DNA of 64,000 nucleotides from an uncultured Gemmatimonadota bacterium (GCA_964576115.1 CAZNUA010000006.1:1-64000); one strand, 5' to 3'. Counted from the stretch's first letter, positions 40,915 to 51,257 are shown. The notes: generated by a model from the letters alone, not told the origin. Translations and numbers: made by a program.

Positions 40915-41867
40915 AAGCTCCGGGGGAACCCCGCCGCTACCTTGCGGTCCGGCTGGCTCTGACGGCCGTGCTGATCGTCTTCGTCTTGACCCGGATCGAA
41001 CCGGAACAGGCGGCCGAAGCGATCGGGAGCAGTCTGCCCTGGGGGCCCCTGTGGGTGCTGGCTCTGCTGCCGCTCAACCTGGGTCTGCAGTGGCTGCGCT
41101 GGTATGTGCTGATTCGCGCCGCCAACCTGCCGATTGCGCCCGGAGCGGCCCTGGAAATGATGTTCTGCGGCTTCGGGCTCGGGTTTCCCACCCCCGGCCG
41201 GCTGGGCGAGCTGGGTCGCGGATCTCTGCACCGGGGGGAGCACGATGCCGTCGCCGTGGCCGGTCTGACGGTCGTGGAACGTTCTCTGGCACTGGTGGGA
41301 GGGGTTGGCGTGGCGGCGTTGGCCATGGTCCTGAGCGGGTACGGAAACTGGTGGAAATGGGGTCTCATTATCATCCTCTACAGCGGCGCCGCCTGGCTGG
41401 CCCTGCATCCGCCTCTGGTCGTCGACCTGCTCCGCCGGACCTCCCCCCTGCTCCCCGGGCGTATCCGCGACCGCGTGACCGATCGGGCCCGGCGTTTCGT
41501 CCAGGGCTGGCACCTGGCCGGACGGCGAGCCACGTTGAGTGCTCTGACCCTGTCGGTCATGCAGGTCGCGGTCGTGCTGACCCAGCTGACCGGAGCCTAT
41601 CTGGCGATCGGTGTGCCGGGTGCGACACTGAAGGTGCTGGGAGCGTGGGCGTTGGTGATGGGGGCCAAGTACTTTCTGCCGGTGGCGATCGGAGATATAG
41701 GGGTTCGCGAGAGCCTGGCGATCCTGGTCTTCACCGACCGGAACCTGCCCCCGGCGGCGGCGGTGGGAGCCGCACTAGTCATCTACCTCGCCAACGTTCT
41801 CCTGCCGGCTCTCATCGGAGCTTTCATCATCAGCGGCACCGGGCGCCGGAACCGACGATCACCGTAG
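40911..41867 (+). CDS. Lysylphosphatidylglycerol synthase TM-domain (flippase-like) membrane protein
   Basis: RW...TPGRLGELGR...ER...LPVAIGDIGVRE, polytopic, with an ATGA overlap to the GT2 gene. Confidence 0.85.
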   Translation: MKAPGEPRRYLAVRLALTAVLIVFVLTRIEPEQAAEAIGSSLPWGPLWVLALLPLNLGLQWLRWYVLIRAANLPIAPGAALEMMFCGFGLGFPTPGRLGELGRGSLHRGEHDAVAVAGLTVVERSLALVGGVGVAALAMVLSGYGNWWKWGLIIILYSGAAWLALHPPLVVDLLRRTSPLLPGRIRDRVTDRARRFVQGWHLAGRRATLSALTLSVMQVAVVLTQLTGAYLAIGVPGATLKVLGAWALVMGAKYFLPVAIGDIGVRESLAILVFTDRNLPPAAAVGAALVIYLANVLLPALIGAFIISGTGRRNRRSP

Positions 41868-41877
41868 TCTCAAGCCG

Positions 41878-42693
41878 TCACAGCCAGTCGGCGTAGAGCT
41901 CGGGACGGCGGTCGCGCAGAAAAAGCGTGCGGCCGTGCGAGGCGGGCACCTCGGTCAGATCCAGATCGGCCATGAGAATGGCTTCGGCCAGCTGCGGTGC
42001 GCGGGCGATGACGGTCCCGTCGGGAGCGCAGACGAACGACTCCCCGGCGAACGTCAGGTGCTCTTCGGCTCCGACCCGGTTGCAGAGCGCGGTGTAGTAC
42101 CCGTTCTGGAAAGCCGCCACCTGCATCTCGGCTTCGTAGAGGCCCTCGGGCCACTCCCCCAGTGCCCCGGCCTGCGGCACGACCACCACCTCGGCTCCGG
42201 CCAGGGCCAGGGCGCGCATGTATTCGGGATAGTGCCGGTCGTAACAGATGGCTACCCCCACTGCTCCCGCCGCAGTCAGGTAGACCGGGGCTGCGGTATC
42301 TCCCGGGGCGTAGTAATCCTGCTCGTAGAAGTGCTCGTACTGGGTGATGTGAACCATGCGGGTGCGCCCCAGCAGGGTGCCGTCGGCGTCGATCACCGGA
42401 GAGGTATCGTAGCAGTGCTCCCCGTCGCGCTCGAAGAGGTTGAGAACGGTGACGACTCCCAGATCGGACGCGCGGGCCTGAAAGGCCTCCACGGTCGGCC
42501 CGGGAACAGGTTCGGCCAGCTCGCGGACATCGCCGGTCGGTCTCACCTGAGGATGGAAGGGCTCGAAAGCCAGTTCGGCGAAGACGACCAGATCGGCTCC
42601 CTCTCCCGCCGCCTTTTCCAGGGCTTCGAGTCCCCGGCGCACATTCCGGCTCCGATCGTGACCCGCTTCCTGCTGGACACATGCGATCCGCAT
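41878..42693 (-). CDS. Carbon-nitrogen hydrolase (nitrilase superfamily; N-carbamoyl amidohydrolase-like)
   Basis: VVFAELAF, HI...FYEQDYY, AICYDRHYPE, CNRVG. Confidence 0.9.
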   Translation of the reverse strand: MRIACVQQEAGHDRSRNVRRGLEALEKAAGEGADLVVFAELAFEPFHPQVRPTGDVRELAEPVPGPTVEAFQARASDLGVVTVLNLFERDGEHCYDTSPVIDADGTLLGRTRMVHITQYEHFYEQDYYAPGDTAAPVYLTAAGAVGVAICYDRHYPEYMRALALAGAEVVVVPQAGALGEWPEGLYEAEMQVAAFQNGYYTALCNRVGAEEHLTFAGESFVCAPDGTVIARAPQLAEAILMADLDLTEVPASHGRTLFLRDRRPELYADWL

Positions 42694-42818
42694 TCTTCCC
42701 GCTCCCCGGTTCGGGTTGGAACACCGGACTCAATGACTGGACAAGACCCGTCACAATACACAGATTGTCTTTCCCTTTGCGCAACCGCGTATCGATCGTC
42801 TTCCGTGAGGGTCCGTCT

Positions 42819-44255
42819 ATGCCGTCCGACACCATACCCAGCGATCCCGCCGTCACGCCTCCCGTTCCCAAGGGTCAGGTCGAACGCCTGATCGGCAAAC
42901 CGGAGCCGGAATGGACGGTCGATGACATGCTAGACCTGGTCGCCGAACAGGGCATCCGGGTCGTGGCCCTGATGCACGTAGGTGGCGACGGCTGGTTGAA
43001 AACCCTCGATTTCACTCCCCGCTGCACCTCTCACCTGCGTGACATCATCGAGGGGGGTGAGCGGGCCGACGGATCGAGCCTTTTTACGGGCAGTGGTATC
43101 CGGCCCGACGCCTCCGACGTGGTCCTGCGGCCCCGGCTCCAGTCGGCCTTTCTCGATCCCTTCAGCCCCCACCCCACCCTGGGCTTTCTCTGCAGCCACT
43201 ACGGCCGGGAGGGCGAACTGCTGCCCCAGTCGCCCGACACCATCCTGCGCCGGGCTCACGAGCGGGTGCTGACCGAGACCGGACTGGACCTGCACGCCCT
43301 GGGCGAGCCGGAGTACTTTCTCGGCAAGACCGCCGAGCCTGGAGACAGCTACGGCGCCGACGACAAGGGCTATCACGCCACCTCGCCTTTCGTATTCGGC
43401 GAGAAACTGCGCCGCGAGGCCATGGCCCTGCTCAGCGACATGGGGGTGCCGATCAAATACGGGCACAGCGAGGTGGGGTACGTGCCGGCCACGGCGCGGG
43501 ACGAGACGATCTGGGAGCAGCACGAGATCGAACTGCTTCTCACTCCTCTGCCCGAAGCCGCCGAGGCGGTCGTTCTGGTGCAGTGGGTCCTGCGTAACCT
43601 GGCGCACCGCGACGCTATGCGTTGCTCATTCGATCCCATCATCCGGCGTGGTCATGCCGGCAGCGGTCAGCACTACCACATCTCGGCTCTACGGGACGGC
43701 GAGCATCTCTTCGCAACCGGTCCCGAGGGCGAGATGGGCGAGGAGGGCCGCTGGCTGATCGGCGGGCTGGTGCAGCTGGGCGGCGCCCTGATGGCCTTCG
43801 GGAACCGCGACAAGGGTTCCTTCACCCGCCTGCTGCAGGGCAAGGAAGCGCCCAATACCGTCACCTGGGGGGCCTTCAATCGCAAAGCCCTGATCCGCCT
43901 GCCCATCCAGGCCCGCACCGGAGAAGGCCGGATCGTCACCCCGCCCACGATCGAGTTCCGCCTGCCCGACGGTTCGGCCCACCCCTACCTGGTCCTGGCC
44001 GGCACCGCCCAGGCCCTGATGCTCGGCCGACAGACCGACGATCTGCCAACCCTGCTGGATCAGACCTCGGCCGGCTACACCCTGGCCGACATGAGCGGGG
44101 CCACGCCGGTGCCGCACAACTTCGACGAGGTCGCGGTGGCTCTCAAGCAGTACCAGCCGGTCCTGGAAGAAGGCGGAGTTTTTCCGGCGGATTACATCGA
44201 CGCCGTCGTCGATCACCTGGGCTCGATCCGCAATCCCGAGCCGGCCGCGGTCTGA
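42819..44255 (+). CDS. Glutamine synthetase family protein
   Basis: DGSS, EPEYF, HSEVG, EQHEIE, GSGQHYH, RL...EAP, NRKALIR, IEFRLPD. Start MPSD follows GAGG. Confidence 0.9.
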   Translation: MPSDTIPSDPAVTPPVPKGQVERLIGKPEPEWTVDDMLDLVAEQGIRVVALMHVGGDGWLKTLDFTPRCTSHLRDIIEGGERADGSSLFTGSGIRPDASDVVLRPRLQSAFLDPFSPHPTLGFLCSHYGREGELLPQSPDTILRRAHERVLTETGLDLHALGEPEYFLGKTAEPGDSYGADDKGYHATSPFVFGEKLRREAMALLSDMGVPIKYGHSEVGYVPATARDETIWEQHEIELLLTPLPEAAEAVVLVQWVLRNLAHRDAMRCSFDPIIRRGHAGSGQHYHISALRDGEHLFATGPEGEMGEEGRWLIGGLVQLGGALMAFGNRDKGSFTRLLQGKEAPNTVTWGAFNRKALIRLPIQARTGEGRIVTPPTIEFRLPDGSAHPYLVLAGTAQALMLGRQTDDLPTLLDQTSAGYTLADMSGATPVPHNFDEVAVALKQYQPVLEEGGVFPADYIDAVVDHLGSIRNPEPAAV

Positions 44256-44982
44256 AGGGCGCCGACCGCTATTCCGTTACCGTTCAGATTATCCATGAAG
44301 CAGAGGGCGATACGATCGCCCGCCAGCGCCACATCGATGCAGGTACCCGGCACACTCGGGCCTAAATCACAACCCTGCTGTATCCTTCCCTCTCGGTCGA
44401 TCCTGATCAGGATGCCCCCATTGCCGATCCAGTAGTCGTCGCCGTCATGAGTACTGATATGCGGGGAATACGGACGCCCCCAGTGAGGCAGATCATTGCT
44501 GGTGAACATGCCCCGTTCCAGGCGCTGGGCGGCTCTCTCGAGCGGGTAGTTCCGCCGATCGGCCATGATGGTCTCGTACACGTCGCCGGCACGTTCATCG
44601 CCCGGGGTGAGGGTCAGATCGATGAGTCTTTCCTCACAGCCCTCGGAGTCGTAGAAACGAACCCTCGTCCAGGCCACGCCGAGTACGGCGATAGTACCGT
44701 TCCGCAGGACCTCGATGCGGGTCTCGAGCGCCCGGTCCAGATTTCCCCGACGAGAATCTGACTGCTGCCGCTGTCCAGAACGTAGAGAGTGCCCGCAGAA
44801 TCTATGGCACAGGCGACGGGACTGATAAGAATACCGTCGAAGTCAGAGACGTTCGAATCCAGCGTACGGTACGTTGTCATCTCGGGCACGATCGTATCGA
44901 CCGCTTTGCGATCGACAGAATCCGTTGAGGTACAGGCGTACAGGATGAGTACTGCAAGCAGTACGGAAAGACAGTGTCTCAC
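44213..44982 (-). pseudogene. Degenerate beta-propeller lipoprotein (frameshift and probable deletion/truncation)
   Basis: GTG 44982 (overlapping the CocE stop) gives VRHCLSVLLAVLILYAC...AIDSAGTLYVLDSGSSQILVGEI. The plausible continuation RIEVLRNGTIAVLG...RVRFYDSEG is in another frame and runs into the GS 3' end. Confidence 0.6.
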
Positions 44983-46904
44983 CGCTTCCACCCTGCGGGC
45001 ATGACGCCCACTTCGATACGGCTGGCATGAGGAGCGGTGCAGTACACCCGGTGGGTAGCGGTCCGGAAGTCCGCCTCGTCGGCATAGTAGATGTTCTCGA
45101 CGAAGGTCTGCGGGTTGCAGTCCACCAGCGGGAACCAGGTGCTCTGGACCTGGATCATGATCCGGTGCCCGGCCCGGAAGGTGTGCAGGATATCCTGCAG
45201 GGGCAGACGTACCCGGGTCGGCACGCCCGGTTCGAAGGGCTCGGGCCGGGCCGGATCGTTGCGGAAGCGGCCGCGGATGACCTCGCTGCGGACCATCATC
45301 TGATACCCCCCGGTGTGCCGGCCCGGCGGCAGATCGGGCCAGTCCTCGGCCTCGAGGGGATAGACATCGATCAGTTTGACGACCCAGTCGGCGTCGGTCA
45401 CCGAGGTCGATACCCACAGGTCTGCGATGACCGGGCCGGCCAGGGTGACGTCAGCCTCCAGGACCGGAGTCTGATAGACGAGGACGTCCGGTCGGCGGGC
45501 AGCGAAGCGCTGATCGTCGGTCATGTACGGCCGGGTCATGCCGGTTGCGATCTCCTCGGTGAAGGGCACCGGTTTGTCGGGATCGCTGATGAATTCGGCA
45601 TACCCTTCGGTGCTGCGGGCGGGAAGATCGGCAGCGAGCGCGCCGTCGGAATGCAGGTAGAAGGTGCCGGCTTCGGCCTGCGACGGCGGCCAGTCGGGGA
45701 AGGTGTGCCACTGATCGGCGCCGGTTTCGTATACCCACGCTTCGGGGAAGTTCGGCTCGCCCCGGTCCTTGAGGTAGTAGTTGAAGAAAGGCCACTCGAT
45801 GTTCTGCTGGTAATACACCGACGGCTCGCCGGCAAAGGGGACGTTGCCCAGACGCTCTCCTGTGCCCCTGGCCCACCCTCCATGCGGCCACGGTCCCATG
45901 ACCAGGAAATTGGTGATCCCGGGATTCTTTTCTTCGATCGAACGATAGATGTTGAGCGGCCCGTACAGGTCTTCGGCATCGAACCAGCCACCGACCGTCA
46001 TCACCGCCGGGGCCACGTCATGCAGGTGGGGCAGGATATTCCGGGCCTGCCAGAAAGCGTCGTAGTTGGGATGGTCCATCATCGCGTTCCAGAAAGCGAT
46101 ACGGCCTTTGAAATATCGTTCGTCGGCATTCTTCAGCGGTCCCAGATCCATGTAGTAGGCGTAGCCGTCGGGGGTCCAGAAATCGGTCACCGGGGGCTTG
46201 CGCTCGGTGGTGGGCTCGGGACGGGCCTGCCCGAAACCCCGTTCGAAACCGTAGGCATGAGCCAGGAAGAACGCGCCGTGATGGTGGAAATCGTCATACC
46301 ACCAGTCGGCGATCGGAGCCTGGGGGCTGACTGCTTTGAGGGCCGGGTGGGCGTCGATCATACTGGCCGCGGCATAGAAACCGGGATAGGAGATGCCCCA
46401 CAGACCGACCCGCCCGTTGTGGCCGTCGAGATTGTTGATGAGCCATTCGATGGTGTCCCAGGTGTCGGTGCTCTCGTCGATGTCCTCCCGCCCCTGCTTG
46501 TCGGCCACATGAGGGGTCATGTTCACGAATTCCCCCTCGCTCATCCAGCAGCCCCGCACATCCTGGTAGATGATGATATACCCGTCCCGGGCGTAGTCGG
46601 GGTTGGGTCCGATCGAGTAGGGATATTCATCCGCGCCGTACGGGGAACAGCTGTACGGGGTGCGGCGCATCAGGATCGGATAGCTGCTCTCACCTGTCAT
46701 CCGACGCGGCGAATAAATGGAGGTGAACAGGCTCACCCCGTCCCGCATGGGGATCATGACTTCCTGCTTGGCGTAATTTTCCTGCAGCCAGCGGCGGGGA
46801 TCCTGTCTGTCCGCGGGGGTATCGAGGACAGCCAGGGCGATCCCGCCTGCGGGCAGAAGGACGAGCAGGGCGACGGCGAGGCTGTATCGGATACGGTTCT
46901 TCAT
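44979..46904 (-). CDS. CocE/NonD family hydrolase (alpha-amino acid ester hydrolase-like), secreted
   Basis: IPMRDGV, RTPY, QDVRG, WGISYPGF, MGPWPHG, with a signal peptide from MKNR. Confidence 0.93.
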   Translation of the reverse strand: MKNRIRYSLAVALLVLLPAGGIALAVLDTPADRQDPRRWLQENYAKQEVMIPMRDGVSLFTSIYSPRRMTGESSYPILMRRTPYSCSPYGADEYPYSIGPNPDYARDGYIIIYQDVRGCWMSEGEFVNMTPHVADKQGREDIDESTDTWDTIEWLINNLDGHNGRVGLWGISYPGFYAAASMIDAHPALKAVSPQAPIADWWYDDFHHHGAFFLAHAYGFERGFGQARPEPTTERKPPVTDFWTPDGYAYYMDLGPLKNADERYFKGRIAFWNAMMDHPNYDAFWQARNILPHLHDVAPAVMTVGGWFDAEDLYGPLNIYRSIEEKNPGITNFLVMGPWPHGGWARGTGERLGNVPFAGEPSVYYQQNIEWPFFNYYLKDRGEPNFPEAWVYETGADQWHTFPDWPPSQAEAGTFYLHSDGALAADLPARSTEGYAEFISDPDKPVPFTEEIATGMTRPYMTDDQRFAARRPDVLVYQTPVLEADVTLAGPVIADLWVSTSVTDADWVVKLIDVYPLEAEDWPDLPPGRHTGGYQMMVRSEVIRGRFRNDPARPEPFEPGVPTRVRLPLQDILHTFRAGHRIMIQVQSTWFPLVDCNPQTFVENIYYADEADFRTATHRVYCTAPHASRIEVGVMPAGWKR

Positions 46905-47093
46905 GTCGAATCTCCCGATCGGGGGGACACACTGTGTGCACGATTCCCGGCCTGCGGCAGAAGTACACGGGAAGGAATCGCTCCCGGTCATTGTATTTAG
47001 GGTGAACCGGGTACTCAATCTACTATATTGGATGCGGCTTTGCGTCCTGCCCGCAACCGAGACCCTGAGCTTTCAACGGGAGAACCGGTCCCC

Positions 47094-49457
47094 ATGGAAA
47101 ACGTAACTTTCAGCAAGCTGGCGCTCGGTCCGCGTCGCGGCCTCTACCTCGATATCGCTTCCGAGCTCGATTCCTTCCCCATTGCGGCCGAAGAGCTGAA
47201 GCTCTTCGAGGATTACGATCTGCTCTATCGGGCCCTGTGCGGAATTCTCTACAACTTCGTCCCCAAATCGGGGCATCCCGGCGGGAGCATATCATCGGGC
47301 CGCATCGTGGCCTCGCTCCTGTTCGATACAATGGATTACGACATCGGCGATCCCGAACGCCTGGACGCCGACCTGCTTTCCTATGCCGCCGGTCACAAGG
47401 CCATGGGACTGTACGCCATGTGGGCCCTGCGCAACGAGGTGGTCCGCCTGGTGCATCCCGAGCTGCTGCCGGCCGACGAGAAATTCCAACTCCGGCTGGA
47501 GGATCTGCTCGGCTTCCGGCGCAATCCCACCCAGGAGACACCCCTCTTCGCCAAATACAAGGCCAAGCCGCTCGACGGCCACCCCACTCCGCTGACCCCC
47601 TTCGTGAAACTCTCGACCGGGGCCTCGGGAGTCGGTGTGCCCGCGAGTTTCGGACTCGCTTTCGGTGCCATGGATACCTACGGTGCCGATGCCCCCCTGG
47701 TGAACGTTCTCGAAGGCGAGGGCGGCATGACCGCCGGACGGGTGTCAGAAGCCCTGGCAACCATGTCGGCGGCCCAGATATGGAACGCCAAACTCCACGT
47801 CGACTGGAACCAGGCCTCGATCGATTCCGACCTGGTCTGCCGCGACGGCGAGGTCCCCGGCGACTACGTCCAGTGGGATCCGGCCGAGTTCTGCTTCGTA
47901 CACGACTGGAACGTCATCTACTGCGATGACGGCCACGATTTTCACCGTGTTCTGGCCGCTCAGCGACTGGCCAGGGAAAAGCTCAACGACCAGCCCACCG
48001 CCGTCGTCTACCGCACCGTCAAGGGTTGGTGCTACGGCATCGAGGGCCGTAAGTCTCACGGCGCCGGTCATGACTATTGCTGCGACGACTACTTCGACAT
48101 GCTCGATCCGGTCACCGATCGTTTCGGAGTCGAGTTCCCCCAGCCGGGCGAGAACGCCGATGCCGTGACCAACGAGCAGTGTTACTTCGACACCCTGATG
48201 GTCATCCGGTCTGTCCTCGAAGACAATCGCGAGATAGCCGACTTCATGGCCGGCCGGATCGCAGCCGCTAAAGACCGTCTCGACGCAGCCGATCGTAAGA
48301 AGCGCGACGGGGTGGCCGATCTGGGCGCGCTGTACACCGACGGCGTCACCGTCGAGAAGGTACCCGATACCTGCCAGTGGGAGCCGGGCTCCAAGCAGAC
48401 CCTGCGGGCCGCCCTGGGCGAGACCCTGCGGGCGATCAACGCCACCACCGGGGGGGCTGTCATGGGGGCCTCGGCCGACCTGCTCGATTCCACCTCGATC
48501 TCGAAACTGGCGGCCGATTTCCCAGCCGGGCTCTACAACGCCGTCAGCAATCCCGATTCCCGGCTCATCGCCGTGGGCGGGATCTGCGAGGACAACATGG
48601 GCGCCTTCATGGCCGGGATGTCGAGCTACGGTAACAACATCGGCGCCGGTTCGAGTTACGGGGCCTTCATTGCCGCTCTGCAGCACATCTCCGCGCGTCT
48701 GCACGGGATCGGACAGCAGGCCCGCGCCGAACTGACCGGCGATCCCTACCGGACCTGGATTCTGGTCTGCGCTCACGCCGGTCTGAAGACCGGCGAGGAC
48801 GGACCGACCCACGCCGACCCGCAGCCGCTGCAGCTGCTGCAGGAGAACTTCCCGGCCGGGATCCTGATAACGCTCACCCCCTGGGATCCGAACGAGATGT
48901 GGCCGATGGTGGTGGCGGGACTGCAAGCACGCCCGGCCGTTCTGGCCCCCTTCGTGACCCGTCCGAACGAGAAGATCTTCGATCGGGAAGCACTCGGCCT
49001 GCCGCCGGTCTCCGAAGCTGTCAGAGGTCTGTACCGGATGCGCACCGCCGACCGCTCGGTCAAGCCCTATCACGGCACGATCATTCTGCAGGGCAGCGGC
49101 ATCACCAACACCTTCGTCGAGGAGGTTCTGCCGCGGATCGACGAGGCGGGTTACAACCTGAATATCTTCTATGTGACCAGCGCCGAACTCTTCTCGCAGC
49201 TCGCCCCCGAGGAACAGGACGCCCTGTACCCCGACGAACTGGCCAACGAGGCGATGGGCGTCACCGGCTTCACCCTGCCGACCCTTTACCGCTGGGTGAC
49301 CTCTCGCGAGGGCCGGCGCCGTTCTATCCACGCCTTCAGAGAGGGGCATTTCCTGGGCAGCGGCCAGGCCCACAAGGTGCTCGAGGAAGCCCGTCTGCAC
49401 GGCGAGGGACAGTGGGAAGCCATCAAGGAGTACGCCGAGTGGATGGCGTCGATGTAG
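47094..49457 (+). CDS. Transketolase-like ThDP-dependent enzyme (divergent)
   Basis: SGHPGG, AGHK, DGHP, STGASG, KSHG, GASADL, GICED, GEDGPTH. Confidence 0.85.
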   Translation: MENVTFSKLALGPRRGLYLDIASELDSFPIAAEELKLFEDYDLLYRALCGILYNFVPKSGHPGGSISSGRIVASLLFDTMDYDIGDPERLDADLLSYAAGHKAMGLYAMWALRNEVVRLVHPELLPADEKFQLRLEDLLGFRRNPTQETPLFAKYKAKPLDGHPTPLTPFVKLSTGASGVGVPASFGLAFGAMDTYGADAPLVNVLEGEGGMTAGRVSEALATMSAAQIWNAKLHVDWNQASIDSDLVCRDGEVPGDYVQWDPAEFCFVHDWNVIYCDDGHDFHRVLAAQRLAREKLNDQPTAVVYRTVKGWCYGIEGRKSHGAGHDYCCDDYFDMLDPVTDRFGVEFPQPGENADAVTNEQCYFDTLMVIRSVLEDNREIADFMAGRIAAAKDRLDAADRKKRDGVADLGALYTDGVTVEKVPDTCQWEPGSKQTLRAALGETLRAINATTGGAVMGASADLLDSTSISKLAADFPAGLYNAVSNPDSRLIAVGGICEDNMGAFMAGMSSYGNNIGAGSSYGAFIAALQHISARLHGIGQQARAELTGDPYRTWILVCAHAGLKTGEDGPTHADPQPLQLLQENFPAGILITLTPWDPNEMWPMVVAGLQARPAVLAPFVTRPNEKIFDREALGLPPVSEAVRGLYRMRTADRSVKPYHGTIILQGSGITNTFVEEVLPRIDEAGYNLNIFYVTSAELFSQLAPEEQDALYPDELANEAMGVTGFTLPTLYRWVTSREGRRRSIHAFREGHFLGSGQAHKVLEEARLHGEGQWEAIKEYAEWMASM

Positions 49458-49500
49458 AACCGGGTCGAGTAGCGATGATCCGGACCAGGCACGATTGATC

Positions 49501-49530
49501 AGGGGGAGCGCTCCGGCGCTCCCCTTCTGT
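49501..49530 (+). terminator. Putative intrinsic terminator hairpin
   Basis: GGGGAGCGC-tccg-GCGCTCCCC followed by TTCTGT, 44 nt after the transketolase stop. The U-tract is weak. Confidence 0.55.
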
Positions 49531-49550
49531 ATCCGTCAAGGAGTCAGTCA

Positions 49551-51257
49551 ATGCTCTCACGCCCAGATACTTCACCCCCACCGCGCAACCGGATCGGGTC
49601 CGGTCATCGGCGATACGCGTGGCCCACGCTCCTGCCTGTTCTGCTGCTGCCCCTGCTCGTCGGTGCCTGCAGCGAGCCTCCGGGAGGAACCCGGCTGCGC
49701 TTCGAAGTCTCCTTCCCCGAAACCCTGCGTTCCGAGGCGCTGACCGGCCGGGTATTCGTCATGATATCCGATTCGGACCGGCGCGAACCCCGCCTGCAGG
49801 TCAGCCGGCGCGGTACACCCTTTTTCGGAGTCGATGTCGAGGGGCTCGAACCGGGCCACACGGCCGTCATCGACGGTTCGACCCTCGGTGCACCGGTCGA
49901 GCAGCTGGCCGACATACCGCCGGGCGAGTACTACGTTCAGGCCCTGATCAACATCTACACGAAGTTCGAGCGGGCCGACGGGCACACCGTCTGGATGCAC
50001 AACGATCAGTGGGAGGGCCAGAACTGGCGGCGTTCGCCGGGTAATCTGGTGAGCGAGGTGCAGCAGGTCACGATCGATCCCGGCCGGGGGGGGACCATCA
50101 GACTCGAGGCTTCCAGCTCCCTGCCCGAGTATCCCTTTCCCGAGGACACCGAGTGGGTCAAACGCTTCCGTATCCGTAGCGAACTGCTCTCGCAGTTCTG
50201 GGGGGTACCGATGTACATCGGGGCCACCGTCCAGCTCCCCATGGGCTATGACGAGCGTCCGGAGGTGCACTACCCCGTGGTCTACAATCAGGGCCACTTC
50301 TCGACCCGGGCGCCGCTGCGCTTCGAGACCACTCCCGAGAACCCCGAACGCAACCGGTACTACCGCGACTGGATCGCCCCCGATTTTCCGCGGATGCTGG
50401 TGGTGACCTTCCAGCACCCCTGCCCCTATTTCGACGATTCCTACGCCGTCAACTCGGTCAATGTAGGCCCGTACGGCGACGCCATCATGACCGAGCTGAT
50501 CCCCGAGATCGAACGCCGCTTCCGGACCATCGCCGAGCCATGGGCGCGGGTGCTGACCGGAGGCTCGACCGGGGGCTGGGAATCGCTGGCCCTGCAGGTC
50601 TGGCATCCCGACTTCTTCGGCGGTACCTGGTCCTTTGCGCCCGACCCCGTTGATTTCCGCAACGTCGAGGGGATCAACATCTACGAGGACGAAAACGCCT
50701 ACTACAAAACCCACCGCTGGGACACGGTCCCGACCTCCAACTCGCGTAATACCCTGGGGGAAATGGCGTTTACGAGCCAGCAGCGGAACTGGTTCGAACT
50801 GGTCTGCGGCACGAAGGGCCGCTCGGGAGAGCAGCTCGACATCTGGAGTGCTGTTTTCGGTCCCCTCGGTGAAGACGGCTACTTTGAACCGCTTTTCGAC
50901 AAGCGTACCGGCGAGATCAACCCCGAGGTGGCCGAATACTGGCGCGACAACTACGACATCCGGCACTACCTGGAGTCCAACTGGGCCGAGGTGGGGCCGA
51001 AACTGGTCGGCAAGATCCACGTCATCGCCGGCGACATGGACAACTACTACCTGAACGTGGGATGCTACTACCTGGAGGCGTTCCTGGAGAGCACCACCGA
51101 TCCGTACTACGCCGGGTCGTTCACCTTCGGAGCCCGGGGCGGACACGGCTGGCGTCCAGCAGAGCTTTCGGGAACACGCCTGTACCGGGTCATGGCCGAT
51201 CACATCACGCGACACGCCCCGCGCGGGGCCGACACACGTAGCTGGAAGTACCGCTGA
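49551..51257 (+). CDS. Alpha/beta-fold esterase family lipoprotein (enterochelin-esterase-like fold)
   Basis: Lipobox LVGAC, LPMGY...YPVVY, ELIPEIERRFR, GGSTGG, GDMD, GGHGW. Confidence 0.8.
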   Translation: MLSRPDTSPPPRNRIGSGHRRYAWPTLLPVLLLPLLVGACSEPPGGTRLRFEVSFPETLRSEALTGRVFVMISDSDRREPRLQVSRRGTPFFGVDVEGLEPGHTAVIDGSTLGAPVEQLADIPPGEYYVQALINIYTKFERADGHTVWMHNDQWEGQNWRRSPGNLVSEVQQVTIDPGRGGTIRLEASSSLPEYPFPEDTEWVKRFRIRSELLSQFWGVPMYIGATVQLPMGYDERPEVHYPVVYNQGHFSTRAPLRFETTPENPERNRYYRDWIAPDFPRMLVVTFQHPCPYFDDSYAVNSVNVGPYGDAIMTELIPEIERRFRTIAEPWARVLTGGSTGGWESLALQVWHPDFFGGTWSFAPDPVDFRNVEGINIYEDENAYYKTHRWDTVPTSNSRNTLGEMAFTSQQRNWFELVCGTKGRSGEQLDIWSAVFGPLGEDGYFEPLFDKRTGEINPEVAEYWRDNYDIRHYLESNWAEVGPKLVGKIHVIAGDMDNYYLNVGCYYLEAFLESTTDPYYAGSFTFGARGGHGWRPAELSGTRLYRVMADHITRHAPRGADTRSWKYR

